Source of the DNA: Paecilomyces variotii
Taxonomy: Eukaryota
Direction: 5' to 3' (one strand)
DNA: 43,800 nt
NCBI GenBank assembly: GCA_004022145.1
Contig: RCNU01000033.1
Below, one piece after another: positions 37,788 to 43,800 of the stretch (its first letter is position 1; each line of letters begins with the position of its first letter). Under the pieces are notes generated by a model. It had not been told where the DNA came from, searched no databases, and saw nothing but the letters and a program-made list of their open reading frames with translations. A program made the position numbers and the translations under genes.

Positions 37788-38306
37788 GGGCCTACACCTC
37801 AGCCCAGCCGGGGGCGAGCTCAGCCCACCCTAGAAGCTCAGCCCACCCGAGTATTTTTACCATTTTTTAAGTGGGCCGAGCTTTTAAACTAAAAACTTTA
37901 AAAATTTATTAAAAGTCGAAACCTAAAGATATTTCACTCGAAATTAAATATTTATATAGGTTATAACCTATATCTTATATATATAAAAAAAGAAAAATTA
38001 AATATCTAAAAATCGATTTTTAAGAATTAAAAAACCAAGAAAGATTTGTAATTTTCGAATTTCTATGTGTAATTTACTAACTCTTGCCCTAGCGTACCCA
38101 ATTAAAATCCTAAAATCCTAATTTTAATATATAATGTAGACTAAAATATAAATTATTTTATAATATTTTTTATATATTTCTACTATGCCTAAATAGGCTA
38201 GGAAAAATCAAAGTTTCTTGGGGTGCGCCGAGATCCCAAATACTTAGGTGGTATGAGCTTTTAGGGTGGGCTGAGCTCGTCCCCGGCTAGGCTGAGCTAC
38301 ATCCCG
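37788..38306 (+). mobile_element. Mutator-like MITE (519 bp), copy 2
   Basis: Long imperfect TIRs; 9-bp TSD ataatctat (37779-37787 / 38307-38315). Confidence 0.92.
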
Positions 38307-39636
38307 ATAATCTATTATAGTAATTAAGAATACGTATTATTTATATCTTATTATTATTATAGTTTTCTTTTTCTCTATTTATTATTCTCCTTATATTTAT
38401 TTAGGTTATTTATTTAATTTTTATCTTTATTTCTCTTTTACTTCCTATATATTATATACTCTAATTATTTTTATTTTTATTACTTATTTATCTATTATAG
38501 TCTTAATACTTTATTATATCTTATTCTATAACTAAAGCTATAATTATTATATAATCTTTTATTATAATATAGCCTTAAGTAACTTACTTACTCTTATAGA
38601 AAGTAATCTTATATCTTTATTTTATTATATTTTAAATAGATTAAATACTCTACGCGCTCTTTTTAAGAGTTTTCTTATTAATTAACTTACTTTAATAATT
38701 AGTACTTATAGTAATTATTAAGTTCTTAAAGTAACTTCTTTTTATCTACCTTATACTCCTTAATTAGCTTAGCTAATTAAATATACTAATTATCTTAACT
38801 TAACCCTTATTTATTCTTATATTAATCGGACTAATTTTCTCTTACTTAAATATATAATTATTTTAGCTAATTTTACTAGCGGTAGTCTTATATAATATTA
38901 TAACCTTAAAGCTCTCTATAACTCTATAGTTCTTATAAACTTACTAATTATAAGTAATTTATATTAAGAGTTATTAGCTATATATATAGAATATAGAATT
39001 TTATAGCGCTTAAATAATAATAACTTACTCTATATATAAGACGCTACTTTTAATAATTATTATATCTTAACTACTTTAATCTAGTTATATAGTAATATAT
39101 AGCTCTTTTAATATATATATTACTATTAAAGCCTTAGCCCTTTTAATAAATATATTATATTAGGGGATATTATTAATTATATCTATACTAATTATATATA
39201 AATAAGTAATTATTAGTATTATAGTATTAATAAGTCTTATCTTTTCCTTTTAATTAATTTAATTAGTCTTAATAATTTAAGAACTATTATTAGTATTTCT
39301 TTTATCTTAAATTACCTTAGTAATTATTTAGCTCTATTCTTTAATTATTCCGATTATAATAATAATAATAATATTTTTAATGCTAAAGATAATAATATAA
39401 TAAAGATTAAAGATATTAAGATTATTCTATTTATTTATTTTAAAGTATTTAAACTAAAGTTTAATTATAAGAGCTATTTAGATATTTTATTATACTATAT
39501 TTATTACTTATTTAGTAAGTTTAATTTTAATTACCTCTTAGTATAAATACTAGCTAATTATATCTTTAATTATATTAGCTTTTTATATAATTTTAATTAG
39601 GCTAATTCTTTAATTATATAAATTACTTTAACTTAT

Positions 39637-39949
39637 TAAAGTAATTATAGTAAATTAAAAAAACTAAATTAAACTAAATTAAACCGCTTATAGTTTAATT
39701 TAATTTACTATTTTATAAATTAAAACGGTTTATAGATTTTATAAATTAAACTAATAGTTTATAATATACTATATAATTTAAATAGATTTAGTTTTTTTAA
39801 TTTTATTCGGTTTTTTTAATTTAATTTAAGTTTTTTAATTTCTTTATATTAATCTTAATTTTTATATAGACCTTTAAGAACTATTTATATTATTTATTCT
39901 TTTATAATATTTATTATCAAACATTAAATAAAAATTAATAGAAAGATAT
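39637..39949 (-). mobile_element. Right end of a hAT element (TIR and subterminal repeats), heavily RIPed
   Basis: taaagtaattatagtaaattaaaaaactaaattaaactaaattaaaccgcttatag matches the MITE right end as seen at 41188-41250. It diverges after ~70 bp, so it is a related subfamily. Confidence 0.75.
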
Positions 39950-42900
39950 TATTATAATACTAGTATAAGAAATAAGTTACTTAAGAAAATCTACTAGCTA
40001 ATATTTACTTAATTTAAAAGAGTAAGGCTTAACTCTTCTAAATTATATAAGGAATAAGATAACCTTATAAAAAATATCTTTAATATATAGCTTAATTTAG
40101 ATTTAAGCTTTTTAAGCTATATTTTATTTACTAAGCTTACTTATAATAGTCTATTTTAGTTTAAATTAGCTATATAAAGATCTTATAGCTAGTCCTAGTA
40201 TTAACTATCTTATTATATTTATTTTAACTTACTTCTTAAGCTTATATCTTAATATTATATAGCTTTTACTTTAAGAGTTAATACTATTAATAATACTTAC
40301 TCTAATTCTTTTATTCTTGCTAATTACTTTAAGTAAGTTTATTAAATATATTATTATTAGCTATAGGCTAAAATAATATAAGTATTATTACTTAATATAT
40401 AAATATATTAATAAAGCCAAGGCTATTATAAATAAAATAAGCTATTAAATTAAAATATATTTTTAAGAGCTTTAATAAGAATTTATTATTATTTAATAAT
40501 AATTTAAATAAGAACTTATTAAATTTAAAGCTATTTAATAATATTAGAAAACTTAGCTTTAAAAAAAATAGTAATATATTTAGGCTATTTTTAAAAGAGA
40601 TTAGGCCTATTATATAATTATATCTATTATAAATATATCTTTATTTATATTTAAATTTAAATCTAATATTAAGAGACTTATAGCTACTTTAATAGAGATA
40701 TTTAAGGTATTTATTATTATATCTTTCTTTATTCCTAGACTTTTAAAATAACTCTTAAACTTAAATAAGTTTAAAGATAATTAAAAGAACTTTTAGTACT
40801 TTATAGCTTAAATCTAAGAAAAAATAATTATTAATTAAGACTAATTCTTAACCCTTTAATACTATATAGCTTATATAATTAATTACTTAAAAAATATATT
40901 TTATATTTAAATATTGCCCTATATTAAGAATAGAACTTATATTCTTAATAATTATTAAAAGATTTTAAATCTTTTAAAATATATATTTAATAATTTTAAT
41001 TATATAAATAATATATATAATAAATTATTTAACCTCTATTAAATTAATAAAGAGTTTAAAACTTTTTTTATTAAGTTTTAGTATTTAATATTAAAAGAAG
41101 AAATATTTAAAGAAATATTATTTATTCTACTTAAGTAAGCTATTAATTAAAAGCTTTAAAAAATATTATTATATAATTAGCCTCTAATAGAGTAATTATA
41201 GTAAACTGAAAAAACCGAACCGAACTAAACTAAACCGCCTATAGTTCGGTTTAGTTTAATTCTTAGCAAACCGCGGTATAAGTTTACTAGGTTTAAACTA
41301 AACCGTTAGTTTTTAAGTTAAACCGTTTAAACTGTAATTTTAACCTCGTATTTATATTATACTATATAATTTATTAATACTTACTTTAGAGGTATAAAAT
41401 TACTAATATATTTAGTATATATTATAAAAATATATTATAAATTGGTAAATTACAGTATTATAATATTCGCTTATTTATCCTAATATAGCTAGAATAAGGT
41501 TATATAACTAGATCTAACTTAGGTTAGTAACTAGTTATACTAATTCGGTTATTTTAGTTTTAAACTAAATTACTAGAATATAGTTTAGTTTAAGTATAGT
41601 TTTTCTACCTTAAACTAAAAACCGCTATAGGCGGTTTAACTATCCCCCTAAACTAAACTAAACTGCCTATATAATTACTTTAGCCTCTAAGTTATAAATA
41701 TTATTAATTTACTAAATTCCTATAAGATTTTAAGAATTATTATTATTAATATATTATAAATTAATTCTCTATTATAAAAATTTATAATATTATTTTAAAG
41801 CTTATTTAATATATTTAATTCTTTATATTTAATTTAAACCCTATTTCTATTATAAGAACCTATATTTAGTCTTAAAAAAATCTTATATAAAAAAAGAAGC
41901 TAGCCTTAATATAGCTATATAATCTTATAAATTTAAGTATTTTTAAATATTTAAGCAAGAAAGAATATAGCTTATTATATTATAAAACTAATATCTGCTT
42001 TTATTATAGCTCTTTAAAATATTATATTAAAAATTATTTATATCTTAATAACTATTAGAAGATTTAAACTATAATTATATATAAATCTTATCTCTAAACT
42101 CTTTAGATAATTTAATTCTTAAACTTATATAATTTATTTTTTAATTAATCTTTAATAAAAAGAGTAAGCTTAAATTAAGTTATAGCTAAGCTTAGAAATT
42201 ATATATTATTTAAATCTTTATTACTATTATTTATAAAATTAATCTTAAAAAATACTTATAATAATTAAAATTAATAATACTACTTATAATATTAGAAAAA
42301 AAAAGAAGATTTATTTATTAATCTATACCCTATTTAATATTAGAGCTAAAAGATAAAGATTTATAAATTAAGAATAGGCTAAAGACTAGAAGTTAAAGTT
42401 TATCCCCTTAAAAGATTTAATTATTCTATATATATTTAATAAAAAAAAACTAAAGAATAAAAAGATTATATATTATATCTAAATAAATATAAGAATTAAA
42501 GATTATTTTAAAAAGATACTAAGTTCTATATTATTTAATTAATATATTATTCTATTATTTTAAGACTTCTCTAGCTAAAGTATTATAACCTATACTTATA
42601 ATTTATTATTTATAATATTATTTTTAATAATAATTATTATTAGGAAAATTATAATATACTTCTAAAGCTAATTAAAATATTTATTTTATATAATATTCTT
42701 TTAAAAGCTTTATTTTAATACTTATTTCTAAGACTTAAAAAACTAGAAAAAAAAATATAGCCTTTATTTCTCTAGCTACTTATTTTATTTATATTTAAAA
42801 AAATATTTAAATATTTATAATTATTTTAGAAGACTTAAATATTACTCTAAGAATTAAATAAGTTTAAAAAAAAATCTTACCTGCCTATTATTTAAAAAGT

Positions 42901-42972
42901 TTAAAGATTATATTAATATCTTTTTTTTTAAGAAAGCTAAATACTTATTATTATATTATTTTTATAATTATA
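39950..42972 (+). mobile_element. Gypsy family B, 5' part (5' LTR 39950-40254, gag/PR region, RT start)
   Basis: Reverse complement of ~16610-19137. Contains hAT MITE copy 3 and ends at Mutator-like MITE copy 3. Confidence 0.88.
41188..41682 (-). mobile_element. hAT-type MITE (495 bp), copy 3 (more diverged)
   Basis: Reverse orientation; 8-bp TSD gcctctaa (41180-41187 / 41683-41690). Confidence 0.93.
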
Positions 42973-43491
42973 CGGGATGTAGCTCAGCCCAGCCGGGGAC
43001 GAGCTCAGCCCACCCTAAAAGCTCATACCACCCAAGTATTTGGGATCTCGGCGCACCCCAAGAAACTTTGATTTTTCCTAGCCTATTTAGGCATAGTAGA
43101 AATATATAAAAAATATTATAAAATAATTTATATTTTAGTCTACATTATATATTAAAATTAGGATTTTAGGATTTTAATTGGGTACGCTAGGGCAAGAGTT
43201 AGTAAATTACACATAGAAATTCGAAAATTACAAATCTTTCTTGGTTTTTTAATTCTTAAAAATCGATTTTTAGATATTTAATTTTTCTTTTTTTATATAT
43301 ATAAGATATAGGTTATAACCTATATAAATATTTAATTTCGAGTGAAATATCTTTAGGTTTCGACTTTTAATAAATTTTTGAAGTTTTTAGTTTAAAAGCT
43401 CGGCCCACTTAAAAAATGGTAAAAATACTCGGGTGGGCTAAGCTTCTAGGGTAGGCTGAGCTCGCCCCCGGCTGGGCCGAGGTGTAGGCCC
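42973..43491 (-). mobile_element. Mutator-like MITE (519 bp), copy 3, inverted
   Basis: Reverse complement of copies 1 and 2; its own two flanks do not match. Confidence 0.9.
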
Positions 43492-43800
43492 GATATAATT
43501 AATTTTCCTTATCTTATTATATAAATATATATTTAATTACTTACTTTAATATATTTATTTTAATAATAAATAATTTCTCTTAAATTAACTATATAAGCAC
43601 TAGTTATAATATTAATATAGATTAAATTTATAAGAAGGCTATTTTATATATAATATTTTATATAATTAAGCAGAATTTCTTTTTTTAAATTATTTTATTA
43701 GCTTTTTTTAATAAGTCTAATAATAGAGCTATTATTTATAAAAAGTATTATATAAACTATTAATAATAAGTAGCTAGTCTTAAGAATTATTAAACTTTAT

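Larger units (their letters stand above)
1..43800. other. RIP-mutated AT-rich transposon nest (heterochromatin-like block of a filamentous ascomycete)
   Basis: CA/TG dinucleotides are nearly absent and TA is in large excess. Repeat copies differ mostly by C/T and G/A transitions. Conserved TE protein motifs are readable only after reversing such changes, and there is no long ORF in 43.8 kb. Confidence 0.95.

Noticed and set aside
15803..39637. hAT left end (15803) and right end (39637) as two ends of one insertion
   Set aside because: Flanking 8-mers in element orientation (atctagaa versus ataagtta) do not form a TSD even allowing for RIP.
43771..43783. tagctagtcttaa, matching the B LTR and the expected missing TSD of the inversion
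   Set aside because: It lies ~280 bp from the MITE end and the similarity stops after 13 bp. Probably chance in low-complexity DNA.
1..43800. Organelle, endosymbiont or alternative-genetic-code explanation for AT richness and abundant TAA/TAG
   Set aside because: Stops fall at positions expected for CAA, CAG, CGA or TGG in conserved TE motifs, and copies differ by transitions. RIP explains this.

Overview
This window is an extremely AT-rich block, depleted of CpA/TpG and rich in TpA, and it contains no intact gene. It is a nest of fungal (filamentous ascomycete-type) transposons degraded by repeat-induced point mutation (RIP). I reversed C>T/G>A changes by eye, so all protein readings are inferred. 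They reveal: (i) three Ty3/Gypsy families, namely A (no chromodomain; 1-9658 plus a related solo LTR), B (a chromovirus with 305-bp LTRs, in many fragments plus a TRIM-like derivative) and D (a full-length chromovirus, 29328-36419); (ii) a hAT system made of three 495-bp MITEs with 8-bp TSDs, a transposase relic (22317-~23300), a right end (39637) and a >6-kb left arm (9659-15803); (iii) three near-identical 519-bp Mutator-like MITEs. The most notable signal is in the long hAT arm. It carries a multi-exon gene relic of unknown function whose 45-52-nt introns nearly all contain the same 16-bp palindrome (TCTAACTTAAGTTAGA). That palindrome also occurs in the transposase intron and in the MITE subterminal region. 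Swapped target-site duplications also indicate a ~15-kb inversion between two inverted Mutator-like MITEs.
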